Source: Planctomycetota bacterium
Lineage (GTDB): Bacteria > Planctomycetota > UBA8108 > SXIK01
Direction: 5' to 3'
DNA: 64,000 nt
NCBI GenBank assembly: GCA_965223265.1
Contig: OZ244999.1
Coordinates: 3,936,001 to 4,000,000 of the forward strand
Every line of letters starts with the position of its first letter. Within the stretch, counting starts at the first letter, position 1. The position numbers and the translations under genes were made by a program. Shown here piece by piece: positions 37,259 through 46,448 of this stretch. Below the pieces are notes generated by a model. The model saw only the letters and a program-made list of their open reading frames with translations, searched no databases and was not told the origin of the DNA.

Positions 37259-37346
37259 GATCTCGCACCGCTTCGCAGCCGAGCGCGCAACACTCGCAGC
37301 GCCGAGAGCGGCGAAAAACCGCAACTCGCTGCAGTTACCCTAGCTG

Positions 37347-38090
37347 TTACCCTAAGAGTGTCTCAAGGCCATACTCGATGCGCTTGAGCTCCGGCACACG
37401 CCGGGCGGCAAGCAACACGCCGGGCATGAAGGATTCGCGGCTGATCGAGTCGTGTCGAATCGAAAGGATCTGGCCGGAACCGCCGAAGAGCACCTCCTCG
37501 TGCGCTACGAATCCGGGCAGCCGCACACTGTGAATCGGTACTCCTAGGAGGCGTCCGCCGCGCGCGCCGGCGACGGTCTCTTTCTCATCGGGATGAGCAC
37601 TCCACTCCTGCGGCGCGGCCGCGCGAATCATTTCGACCGTCTTGACGGCCGTTCCCGACGGAGCATCGAGCTTTTGGTCGTGGTGCATCTCGATCACCTC
37701 GACGGCCGGAAGGTGGCGAGCCGCCTCGGCCGCAAATCTCATCAGCAGGACAGCACCAATGGCAAAATTGGGCGCGATCAGACCGCCACGCTGTAGCGCA
37801 GCCGACTGAGATTGAAGCCGCTCGATATCACCGGGCGAGAATCCCGTCGTGCCGATGACAGGGTGGGCCCCGGCCTCCAGAATCTTCTCGACGTTCTCGA
37901 CACAGCTGTCGGGCTGGGTGAAATCGACAACGACAGTGGCGGCGTTGCCGCTCAATGCGGCGACCAGGTCGTCGCCCAGATCCGTCGTACCGACAAGTTC
38001 CATGTCGTCGGCGCCGCTGACCGCAGCGACGACATGCGTTCCCATGCGACCAGCCGCGCCGTTGACATGCACTCGGAGTTTTTGGGTCAT
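37347..38090 (-). CDS. dapB: 4-hydroxy-tetrahydrodipicolinate reductase
   Basis: GAAGRMG, VDFT, VIGTTG, APNFAIG, EMHHDQKLDAPSGTA, HSVRLPG. Confidence 0.97.
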   Translation of the reverse strand: MTQKLRVHVNGAAGRMGTHVVAAVSGADDMELVGTTDLGDDLVAALSGNAATVVVDFTQPDSCVENVEKILEAGAHPVIGTTGFSPGDIERLQSQSAALQRGGLIAPNFAIGAVLLMRFAAEAARHLPAVEVIEMHHDQKLDAPSGTAVKTVEMIRAAAPQEWSAHPDEKETVAGARGGRLLGVPIHSVRLPGFVAHEEVLFGGSGQILSIRHDSISRESFMPGVLLAARRVPELKRIEYGLETLLG

Positions 38091-38584
38091 GATCGTGACT
38101 CTCGGTTATCTCGAGTTTGGCCGTTTCGTGTCGAGCCTGGGATCGCCAGCGTCGAGGCCAAGGAGCGACTCGGGCGCGATCCCGCTCGGGTCGTGGCGGG
38201 GGACGGGCGCAGGCATCGGCGTTCCTGGCGTTCCCCGAAGGGCCGGACAGAAGTTTTTGAACACGCCCAAGGCGATTAGGGTAGAAAAAAGTCGAAAAGG
38301 CCTGTGAACCCCGGCAAGCTCGTCCGGCCAGGCGGCGCGACATGGCCAAGCTCGAGGTTATGTGCCGCAACTGTTGTAGCGACACTCGCCCAGCGGTACA
38401 AGGGGAACAGGCTGCTCAAAAGACGCTGCGAACGGAAAACGGCGTTTTTGGCGTCCGGATCCCCGGCACGAAGTCACGAGAAATCGCCACGCCTGACGGC
38501 CATTCTGAGTACAGAGTTGTCGTCTCGTCGTCTCGTCGTCGAGCAGCCGGTTTCTCGCTGGAGAGTCGCTCTGTAGAACAGACG

Positions 38585-38915
38585 GAACAAAAAGGGCTCC
38601 GACGACGGACAGGAGACACCCTGCCTCAACACTCACCGCAACGACCGCCAGTCCTTTGTGGATAAGATGCCGCCGAAGCCCTATCTCGTTGTCCGCCCAC
38701 GCGCACACGGTATCGTCACCACCGAAAGCCGCCGTGGGCGAAGAATCGCTCGCCCACCTCCTCCGAATTGCGCCAGGCTCTTCCACCGGTGTGCAAACGC
38801 ACGAAGACTGATCTTCTCGCCGACGCACGGCGTCCGACGAGAAGATCAGCTCAAGCCGGATTCGGTCTTCACCTACTCGCTATCGATGGTCAGTAGACAT
38901 CACCTCCTTCCTTGC
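38585..38915. ncRNA. Candidate structured non-coding RNA within the 1.2-kb dapB-mazG gap
   Basis: ATCACCTCCTT (16S 3'-end sequence) at 38899-38909, a 12-bp perfect stem at 38808-38849, an 8-bp stem at 38734-38757 next to CCTCCTCC, and a minus-strand terminator-like hairpin + U5 at 38621-38589. Confidence 0.35.
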
Positions 38916-39315
38916 TGTGAGAACGCGGTGTTTGTTCGCCGGAGATGTCACGTCGACCACGCCGCACAGCGTTCGACGGCGAATCGAGCCCGATTCGCCC
39001 CGCGGTTGGATACAGCAAACGGAGGACCAAGGGGCGACAATTACGACGTTCCACGACAAAGCTCCTATGTTTTGCCTCGTTCTGGCGCCTACGCCCCGCG
39101 CGAGACTCTCCCCTGCACTCAAGTGTCCGCTCCGATGCGAACAGTTGTCGCAAAAGTGATTCACGCTCGCGCGCCTCGCCGTCATATCCCTCGGCGCTTT
39201 CACGACAAAGCGTCCAAGCGGCGACACGTCGAAAGGAGCACGAGACACGAAGAACTTCTTTCTCTGCGCGCCGGTGTGCTTTCAAGACGTCGAGGCGACT
39301 GCTAAAATCTCCCGC

Positions 39316-40227
39316 ATGGAACGAAAGCTCGAGAGTCTCAAGAGCCTGATCGAAATCGTCGAACGTCTGCGCGGCCCTGGTGGTTGCCCCTGGGACCAGA
39401 AGCAGACGCTACGGGACATGGGTCGCTACTTGATGGAGGAAGTCGGCGAAGTCGGCGACGCGCTCCACGAAGATGGCGGGCAGCCGTCGCGCCATCTCTG
39501 CGAAGAACTCGGCGACGTTCTGATGAATCTCTTTCTCGCCGCGAGGATCGCTGAAGAGGCTGACGGGTTTTCGCTTGTCGAGGTAGCCGACACGATCAGC
39601 GAAAAGCTAGTGCGGCGACACCCGCACGTCTTCGGTGACGCTCAGGTGGAAAGCGTCGACGAAGTACTGGCGAATTGGGAGCGCATCAAGGCCACCGAGA
39701 CGCAGCACCACAGCGAGTCGTCGCCACGGCCGTCAACGTTGGACGGCGTACCGCGCAGCCTGCCGCCGCTGACTCGAAGCTACGAGCTGGGAAAGAAAGC
39801 GGCGAAGGTTGGGTTCGACTGGGCGAACGCCCAAGGTGCACTCGACAAAGTTCGGGAGGAAACCGAGGAGGTCAGAGCGATCCTGGGCGAGACCCAGGAG
39901 ACGCCATCGGACGAACTCGTGTCGGAACTTGGCGATTTGCTCTTCGCCGTTGTCAATCTTTGCCGCAAGTCGCACGTTCACCCGGACGACGCCTTGCGTA
40001 GTACGATGACAAAGTTCGAACGTCGGTTTCGGGCGGTCGAGTCTCGCTTTTCGGACATGAGTGGCGAACCGCTCGAACGCTTGGAGTCCGCGTGGCAGCA
40101 GGTGAAACGAGGCGAACGGCAAGGCGACGGGATTGCGTGCGGCGCCCCGCGGCAGAATTCGGCTAAGCAGAGACCATCCTCGAAACGCTCAAGCCCAACT
40201 TCCCCCGAAGTCGAAGAGGAGTCATGA
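39316..40227 (+). CDS. mazG: Nucleoside triphosphate pyrophosphohydrolase MazG
   Basis: LRGPGGCPWD.KQT, EELGD, KLVRRHPHVFG, WERIK, KAAKVGFDW, ELGDLLFA, KFERRF. Likely leaderless (TGCTAAAAT-N7-ATG). Confidence 0.96.
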   Translation: MERKLESLKSLIEIVERLRGPGGCPWDQKQTLRDMGRYLMEEVGEVGDALHEDGGQPSRHLCEELGDVLMNLFLAARIAEEADGFSLVEVADTISEKLVRRHPHVFGDAQVESVDEVLANWERIKATETQHHSESSPRPSTLDGVPRSLPPLTRSYELGKKAAKVGFDWANAQGALDKVREETEEVRAILGETQETPSDELVSELGDLLFAVVNLCRKSHVHPDDALRSTMTKFERRFRAVESRFSDMSGEPLERLESAWQQVKRGERQGDGIACGAPRQNSAKQRPSSKRSSPTSPEVEEES

Positions 40228-41300
40228 GTACGAACGGCCATAGCGAGACCAGTCCCCCACCGAGCGCTCAGGAAGTCGAAGAGATCGTCAATGCGGCCGC
40301 GGCGGTGAGAGATCTCCGTACACAGTTAGCGCGGCGTATCGTCGGCCAACAGGGTGTGGTCACCGAGGTACTCGCGGCACTTCTCAGCGAAGGCCACTGC
40401 CTGATGGTGGGAGTCCCTGGTCTTGCGAAGACGCTCCTGATCAGCTCCATCGGCGAGTTGCTCAGCCTCAAATTCAACCGCATTCAGTTCACCCCCGACC
40501 TGATGCCATCCGACGTCACGGGCTCGACAATGATCGCAGCCGACGCCACCGGTCGTCGCTCGTTCCAGTTCGTCCGAGGACCGATCTTCGCCAATCTGAT
40601 TCTCGCGGATGAAATCAACCGCACGCCGCCGAAGACACAGGCAGCGCTCATGGAGGCGATGGAAGAAAGACAGGTCTCAAGCGGGGGCGAACACATGAAG
40701 CTCGAGCGGCCCTTTTTCGTCTTGGCGACGCAGAACCCGATCGAGCAGCAGGGCACGTACCCCTTGCCTGTTTCCCAGCTTGACCGCTTTCTCTTCAATG
40801 TGACGATCGACTATCCGCACGTTGACGAAGAGTTCCACATTGTCCTCAGAACGACATCGACCTACGCCGCCGCGATCAACCGATCGTTCGCAGCTGACGA
40901 CGTGCGGAGCTGGATCCGGCTGACCCGCCGGATCGAAGTACCTCAAGAGGTGGTAGCGTACGCCTCGCAGATCACGCGAGCAACACGCCCCGACGATGAG
41001 GCGGCGCCGGCGTTCGTGCGCGAACACGTCAGATTCGGCGCAGGGCCGCGCGGCACACAGTCGCTTCTCTCTGGTGCCCGAGCCCTCGCGCTCATGGAAG
41101 GTCGGCCGATTGTCCACTTCCGTGACGTGGATGCCGTCGCCTTGCCCACCCTTCGCCACCGCCTCATCCTCAGCTACCACGCTCGTGCCGAAGGAATCGC
41201 CCCGGATGATGCGGTCCGCAGCGTGCTTGCTTCCTTAGCGACACGTTACGCAGAGATCGTCCCAGCAGCGCCGGTGGGAGCGCGCGCCGAGCGCTCCTAA
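40224..41300 (+). CDS. MoxR family AAA+ ATPase
   Basis: IVGQ, GVPGLAKT, RIQFTPDLMPSD, DEINRTPPKTQAAL, ATQNPIEQQGTYPLP..QLDRF, LRHR. ATGA overlap with mazG. Confidence 0.96.
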   Translation: MSTNGHSETSPPPSAQEVEEIVNAAAAVRDLRTQLARRIVGQQGVVTEVLAALLSEGHCLMVGVPGLAKTLLISSIGELLSLKFNRIQFTPDLMPSDVTGSTMIAADATGRRSFQFVRGPIFANLILADEINRTPPKTQAALMEAMEERQVSSGGEHMKLERPFFVLATQNPIEQQGTYPLPVSQLDRFLFNVTIDYPHVDEEFHIVLRTTSTYAAAINRSFAADDVRSWIRLTRRIEVPQEVVAYASQITRATRPDDEAAPAFVREHVRFGAGPRGTQSLLSGARALALMEGRPIVHFRDVDAVALPTLRHRLILSYHARAEGIAPDDAVRSVLASLATRYAEIVPAAPVGARAERS

Positions 41301-41331
41301 CCTCGAGTTTGACGGCTGCTAAGACACACTG

Positions 41332-43665
41332 CTACGACTTCGTGCCGATCGTGGTCGGGTCAACCGTTTCGGTCTCCGTGCCGCTAGCAGACTCTTCGCT
41401 CGTGGCGCTCTCCGGCCGATAGCGCAGCACGAACGCAATGACATCGCGCGCACACGCCTCGCAGTAGCCGTAGTTTTCGTTCATGTTGCAAAGAGCGTGC
41501 TCGACTTGGCGTTTGTCCTGGTCCGACAGGAGTTCAAACTCGTCGGTGCCAAACTTCAGGATGTCTTCCTCGATCAACGTCAGCAGACGATTGCGCTCCT
41601 TGTAGAAATTGTCACGCAGCGCCGAATGGATCTCAGGGAACAGCGCCTGATAGTCGATCGCGTCCTTCGGATGGTCCAAAGACCACGCAGCGATGCGCGT
41701 GATGACCTGCGACCGGAACTTGTCCTTCGACTCCTTCAAATCGAGCAGTTTCTCGATCGATCCCATGAGCTCCTCATTGGGGGAGTCGTAACTATCCGTC
41801 GTCGAGTTAAAGACCTTCTCGCCAGTGTGAAAAGCCTTCACGTGACGGAAATACTCGAGGAAGACCCGGGTATACTCTTTGACGTCTATGAGTTCGATCG
41901 ACTCGTAGACCTCCTTGGTCACTGAGCCGAGATACTCTTCGCGCACGTCCTGCAAAAACTTGTGGACGTCGTGATAACCGCCGTCGGGCGGCAAACGGAG
42001 AAAGTCGTACAGGCTTGAGTCTTTCAGTAGTTCCTCTAGCGCTTCGAACACAGCCATCGGGGTCAAGCACTTGAACTTTGGACTCTCCGCCGCGCGTGAA
42101 AGAATCGTGATCATCTCACGCGGCGACGCGCCGCGGCGACCTTCGTACTCAGGTCCGACGATGCCCTCGAACTCCCCCTCCACATCCTCGTACTCCTGAC
42201 GGACATTGATCACACCGCCGCGAAGAATCTGGCGCTCACTCTCACTGAGCCGTGTGGGCGCTTCCCCAGAGTCATATAGCCGCGCTTTTTCAAACGGTGT
42301 GAGGGAGGCCACGATTTGGCCCAAAGGACCGTCGTACCGTTCCGAATTGGGCCGACAAAGCCTCGTAAGCACCGCCCACATCGCAGCGACTTCAGCGGTG
42401 TGGGGAGTGACGTGGCGCTCACGTGCGCAGAGTTGGATCTGACGCTCGTAGAGACGCTGCTCGGCGCTGTACCTCAGCAGATAGGGTACGGCCACAAGTT
42501 CGATGCGAGCTTTGAAGCTTGAAAAGTCGGGGCTTCGTTTGAACAGATTGAGTTGTTTCTCGTTCGACGTACCGACGATGACGAGATCCAGGTAGGCGAT
42601 ACAGTTCGGAAGGCTCACGGTGCCGCGTTCGCACGTCGTCAGCAAATACTTGTTGGCCTCCATCGGCCGCTTCAGAAAATCGCTGTACTCCAGAATACCG
42701 CGATTGGCATCGACGATATCGCCGAGCGGTTCGTAGAGGCTGATGTTCTTCAGAAGCCCGGGGATACTCCATGCGTTGTCGCCCTGAATGGAGCGGACGT
42801 TGGCGTCAACATTTCCTTGAGGTTCGATGCTCGCGGCGCCTTGCCGGTATCGCTTGGAGATGAAGAATCGCTCGACCTGGACGTGGCGCACAACCTTGCG
42901 CCAATCGCCTTGATACGCCATCAAAAGCGCGTCGTAGATTCGTCGGCACTTCTGACAGAGCTCGTTTTCGAGATAGTGGTCATAATTGTATTTGGGCTTG
43001 AACTCGGGAGCGCAGCCGTCGACTGCACTGCGGATCAGGTCAGCGCGAATCGCCGTCGGGATGAGAAAAATCGGTGAATCGCAAAGTTCACACGGAATCT
43101 TCGAGCTAACGTCCTTCTCGTCGAGATGGGCGTACGACTGAGCACCCTCGAGGTCGTCGTCGAGCCCGGTCTGCGCCTCGAACCCTATGCGTCCGAGACG
43201 GTTCTCGCGCTCGGTGAAAACCCATGCAAATTTAACGAGAGCACCAGCTTCGCTCTTCGAATACTCCTCGAGTCCGCGAATGAGGCATTCGACGACCGTC
43301 GTCTTCCCCGATCCGTTCGGGCCACGCAGGAGCAGCATTTTGCCTGCCTTGCCGCGCTTCGCCGCCGCCAACAGGTTCCGATAGATCTCCTGCTGGACAC
43401 GCTCCTGCCCCACCAGCTCGATATCGGAACCCGTAGTGGCGTCGAAAACGCGGTAGCGCACGGCCTCCTGGCCAACGCGCTGTGCGTCACGAGTACCGAA
43501 CGACTCCATCATGTCCAGGAGATACTGCGGCGACGTGCGCAAGTACAGCCCGGGCGCACGCATGAAATCCTCGAGAAACTCCGCGAACGACCGCACGCGG
43601 TCAGCGCTCTGGAAGCGCCCACTCACCTGCTCATGAATCTCATCGATGAGCTGATCGACATTCAT
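41332..43665 (-). CDS. prkA: PrkA/YeaG-family AAA+ serine protein kinase
   Basis: LLRGPNGSGKT, IPCELCDSP, DANRGILEYSDFLKRP, SFKARIELVAVPYLL, GASPREM, NYGYCEACARDV. Start ATG 43665. Confidence 0.88.
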   Translation of the reverse strand: MNVDQLIDEIHEQVSGRFQSADRVRSFAEFLEDFMRAPGLYLRTSPQYLLDMMESFGTRDAQRVGQEAVRYRVFDATTGSDIELVGQERVQQEIYRNLLAAAKRGKAGKMLLLRGPNGSGKTTVVECLIRGLEEYSKSEAGALVKFAWVFTERENRLGRIGFEAQTGLDDDLEGAQSYAHLDEKDVSSKIPCELCDSPIFLIPTAIRADLIRSAVDGCAPEFKPKYNYDHYLENELCQKCRRIYDALLMAYQGDWRKVVRHVQVERFFISKRYRQGAASIEPQGNVDANVRSIQGDNAWSIPGLLKNISLYEPLGDIVDANRGILEYSDFLKRPMEANKYLLTTCERGTVSLPNCIAYLDLVIVGTSNEKQLNLFKRSPDFSSFKARIELVAVPYLLRYSAEQRLYERQIQLCARERHVTPHTAEVAAMWAVLTRLCRPNSERYDGPLGQIVASLTPFEKARLYDSGEAPTRLSESERQILRGGVINVRQEYEDVEGEFEGIVGPEYEGRRGASPREMITILSRAAESPKFKCLTPMAVFEALEELLKDSSLYDFLRLPPDGGYHDVHKFLQDVREEYLGSVTKEVYESIELIDVKEYTRVFLEYFRHVKAFHTGEKVFNSTTDSYDSPNEELMGSIEKLLDLKESKDKFRSQVITRIAAWSLDHPKDAIDYQALFPEIHSALRDNFYKERNRLLTLIEEDILKFGTDEFELLSDQDKRQVEHALCNMNENYGYCEACARDVIAFVLRYRPESATSEESASGTETETVDPTTIGTKS

Positions 43666-43758
43666 AAGATCACTTCGAACTGGTTGGGCTCGGACGACGG
43701 GACGCGGGCAACGGTACGACTCGGAGTGTCTTCGGAACGCAGCGCGCACGAGTCAATG

Positions 43759-43803
43759 CCGAAATCATCGTCCGAAATCATCGTCCGAAATCACGCTCCG
43801 AAA
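43759..43803. repeat. 13-bp direct repeat (CCGAAATCATCGT) ~3.5 copies upstream of prkA
   Basis: ccgaaatcatcgt-ccgaaatcatcgt-ccgaaatcacgct-ccgaaa. Confidence 0.85.
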
Positions 43804-44052
43804 CTTCAGCGACCGGCGATGCGTCCGTCGCTCCCCTCACCGCCAGACGAGCGGACAGGCTCTCTTCATTCTTCATCTTCGTCAATTCATCTTACTGCCC
43901 ACAACAGCTCATGCGTGAAAAACGGTTCCCAAAAACACGCAGGCTCTCACACTGGCCTCCAACGTGACTAAGTCTCCTCTCGGCGCGCCCCAGCAGGACG
44001 TCGCCAGCGTCATCGGCGGTGCATGAATCGAAGCGCCGCCCAACGCCGCCGG

Positions 44053-45954
44053 TCAAGACTCCGACCCCTCTTCCTTGGCGTAAATTCGGAGCTTTTGGTA
44101 GAGGGTCTCGCGCGAAATTCCAAGAATCGTCGCAGCCTTCGCCTTGTTGCCGTCCACCTCGTCGAGGACGCGTCGAATGTACTGCTTCTCGACTTCTGCG
44201 ATCGTCTTGAGGCGGAAGATCATCTTGCCCCGTCCCTTCTTGCGGACGTGCGGCGGCAGGTCGGAGGGCGTGATCCTTTTGCCATCGCCAAGCACGATCG
44301 CCTGCTCCAAAACGTTCCGAAGCTCACGGACGTTGCCAGGCCAATGATAGGTTCGTAGACATTCCTTAGCTGCCTTTGTGAGGGTGATCGCCTGCGGCCC
44401 TTCGCCGAGAAAATGGCCGGCAATTTCGATGACGTCGTCACCCCGCTCACGAAGTGGTGGCACCTCAATCGTCACCACGGCAAGACGGAAAAAGAGGTCT
44501 TCTCGGAACGAGCCATCTTCGATCGAACGCTGAAGGTCACGGTTCGTTGCCGAGACGACTCGAATGTCGACGGACACTTCGTTTTGGCCGCCAACACGGT
44601 AGAAACACCTCTCTTGCAGGGCGCGGAGAATCTTCACCTGCATGTCCAGCGGCATGTCGCCTATTTCATCGAGAAACAGCGTGCCACCACTCGCCATGTC
44701 GAACTTCCCGACGGCCGACTGCACTGCCCCCGTAAACGCACCCTTCTCGTGACCGAAGAGTTCACTCTCGACGAGATGGTGGGGAATCGCGGCACAGTTC
44801 ACGGCGACGAACGGTTGATCCTTCCGCGCCGAACGGTTGTGGATGGCACGCGCGACGAGCTCTTTGCCGGTGCCATTCTCGCCGGTAATCAATACCGATG
44901 CATCACGCGGCGCGACCTTCTCGACGAGCTCCAGTACGCCTCGCATCCGCTCACCCGAACCGATCAGCTCCTGGCGTCCACCGACGAGGCTCCTGAGTTG
45001 CTCGTTCTCACGTCTGAGACGAAAACTGTTGGCGAGGCTCTCGAGGCTGACGCCACCAATTCGCCCGACAGCACTGACGAACTCAAGGTCGCCACGGTCA
45101 AGCTGTGGGCCACGAATGCCGCGCGTGTCGACGTAGATCAAGCCGAGGACCCGATCCAGTCGTGCGATGGGGACGCAGACGAATGACCGGATGTTGAGGT
45201 CGATCACACTGGCGCCGAAGTCGTTGTGATCGGGTACGTCACGAACGAGGACGGCGTGTCGCTCCCGTTGAATGTGGCGCAGGATACTCTCGCTCATCTC
45301 GAGCGTCGTCGCTTCCTTTCCCTGCTCGGGGTCCCAGAATCGAATCACATTCAACGACTCTGGGTCAAAACCCTCGCTCGCGAGCGTCGCCACAAACCCG
45401 CGCTCGGCGCCCGTCCCGTCCATGGCCGTCGCCAAAAGGGCGTCATACACGTCTTCTGCGTCCGCAGCGCTGAGGAGGCTCTCGGAGAGCGAATAGAGAC
45501 CTGACAGTCGGTCGTAATACCTCTCAGCCGCCTCGAGGTTGCGAAAGTCTGGCTTCTCAACCCTAACAGTGGCAGCCTCGAGACTGATCGCCCCGGTATC
45601 AGAGTCGAAACTCGGCGACTCGCCTGGCACAACGCGCACAGCCGCCGTCTCGGCGACGTCGTTTTCGAACACCATCTCGGTCTGACCAATCGAGATGTGG
45701 TCGCCAAAGGTCAGCGTCTTTCCTCCCCTGACCTCCTCGCCGTTGATGCGGATGGGGTTTTTTCCGCCGACATCGCGAATCGTTGCGATCTTGCCGTCGG
45801 TCTCAATCAACGCGTGGTGACGGGATACCAGCGAATCGTGCAGCACGATGGCATTGTCAACGCTGCGCCCGATGCCTAGCTGCCCTTTAGCGAGGGGATA
45901 GACACCGGCGCTGGAGCCGCTGCCCTTGCTGGTGAGAATCCGAATTCTTGGCAT
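44053..45954 (-). CDS. FHA-GAF-sigma54 AAA+-Fis HTH enhancer-binding protein
   Basis: FHA (IGRSVDN..VSRHHA..N), GAF ([15 protein letters not shown]), GENGTGKE, intact [20 protein letters not shown] and [22 protein letters not shown]. Confidence 0.95.
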   Translation of the reverse strand: MPRIRILTSKGSGSSAGVYPLAKGQLGIGRSVDNAIVLHDSLVSRHHALIETDGKIATIRDVGGKNPIRINGEEVRGGKTLTFGDHISIGQTEMVFENDVAETAAVRVVPGESPSFDSDTGAISLEAATVRVEKPDFRNLEAAERYYDRLSGLYSLSESLLSAADAEDVYDALLATAMDGTGAERGFVATLASEGFDPESLNVIRFWDPEQGKEATTLEMSESILRHIQRERHAVLVRDVPDHNDFGASVIDLNIRSFVCVPIARLDRVLGLIYVDTRGIRGPQLDRGDLEFVSAVGRIGGVSLESLANSFRLRRENEQLRSLVGGRQELIGSGERMRGVLELVEKVAPRDASVLITGENGTGKELVARAIHNRSARKDQPFVAVNCAAIPHHLVESELFGHEKGAFTGAVQSAVGKFDMASGGTLFLDEIGDMPLDMQVKILRALQERCFYRVGGQNEVSVDIRVVSATNRDLQRSIEDGSFREDLFFRLAVVTIEVPPLRERGDDVIEIAGHFLGEGPQAITLTKAAKECLRTYHWPGNVRELRNVLEQAIVLGDGKRITPSDLPPHVRKKGRGKMIFRLKTIAEVEKQYIRRVLDEVDGNKAKAATILGISRETLYQKLRIYAKEEGSES

Positions 45955-46292
45955 AACAGCCCGCCTGAAAAAGTCATTCGGCCGAGAAACTGGCCTCTTC
46001 ACGCCCAGCTCGACCGACGTCAATACTCGATAATCCCGAAGATTGCCTGCGTTTGCCGCGGCCGATCTGGAAGCGAAGCGACCAGTTTTCGACTCGAAGC
46101 ACTATTTCAACAGGCTGATAAACGTTCGAGTCCACTGGTGTCCCGAGAGTCAGGCATCTGTTTCACGAGACGCGGACGGGACAGCGACAACGATCGCCGC
46201 GGTGGCGACAAATCGCCAGGTCGTACGAATTCATCACGGCTGGAGTTGAGACCAGGGCCCCAGCGGAGATCCGCATCCCCCACTGGCGTATT

Positions 46293-46320
46293 ATTTTACA
46301 ACCGCACGTCGGGAAGTCAA
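46293..46320 (-). promoter_or_regulatory. Sigma70 promoter facing the sigma54 activator (~330-nt leader)
   Basis: TTGACT-N16-TAAAAT on the minus strand. Confidence 0.6.
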
Positions 46321-46448
46321 AAGGCTCTGCGGCGGGACTTCCTCGAGGGCGCGTGTTAGGCTCTCTTAGGCGCTTCGCCCGCCCTGATTCTTGCGGCAGG
46401 CGACCGGCCGCCGGTCGTCCCGACTTTCTCAGCCCAGCCGGAGGACGC

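Noticed and set aside
38657-38665. Perfect DnaA box (TTATCCACA) suggesting oriC in the dapB-mazG gap
   Set aside because: There is only one clear box, no box cluster or AT-rich unwinding element, and no dnaA/dnaN/gidA nearby.
38304-39349. Several 70-215 aa ORFs in the dapB-mazG gap
   Set aside because: They are Arg/Ser/Pro-rich and mutually overlapping, with no motifs or properly spaced RBS, so I treated the region as non-coding.
39316-43665. MazG + AAA ATPases as an anti-phage defence island
   Set aside because: MazG is the full-length housekeeping tandem-domain type, the composition matches the flanks, and no nuclease/effector or mobility genes are present.
43666-44052. Sigma54 -24/-12 promoter for prkA (also sought before lat)
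   Set aside because: The candidate GG..GC pairs have 9 or 11 nt spacing rather than the required 10.
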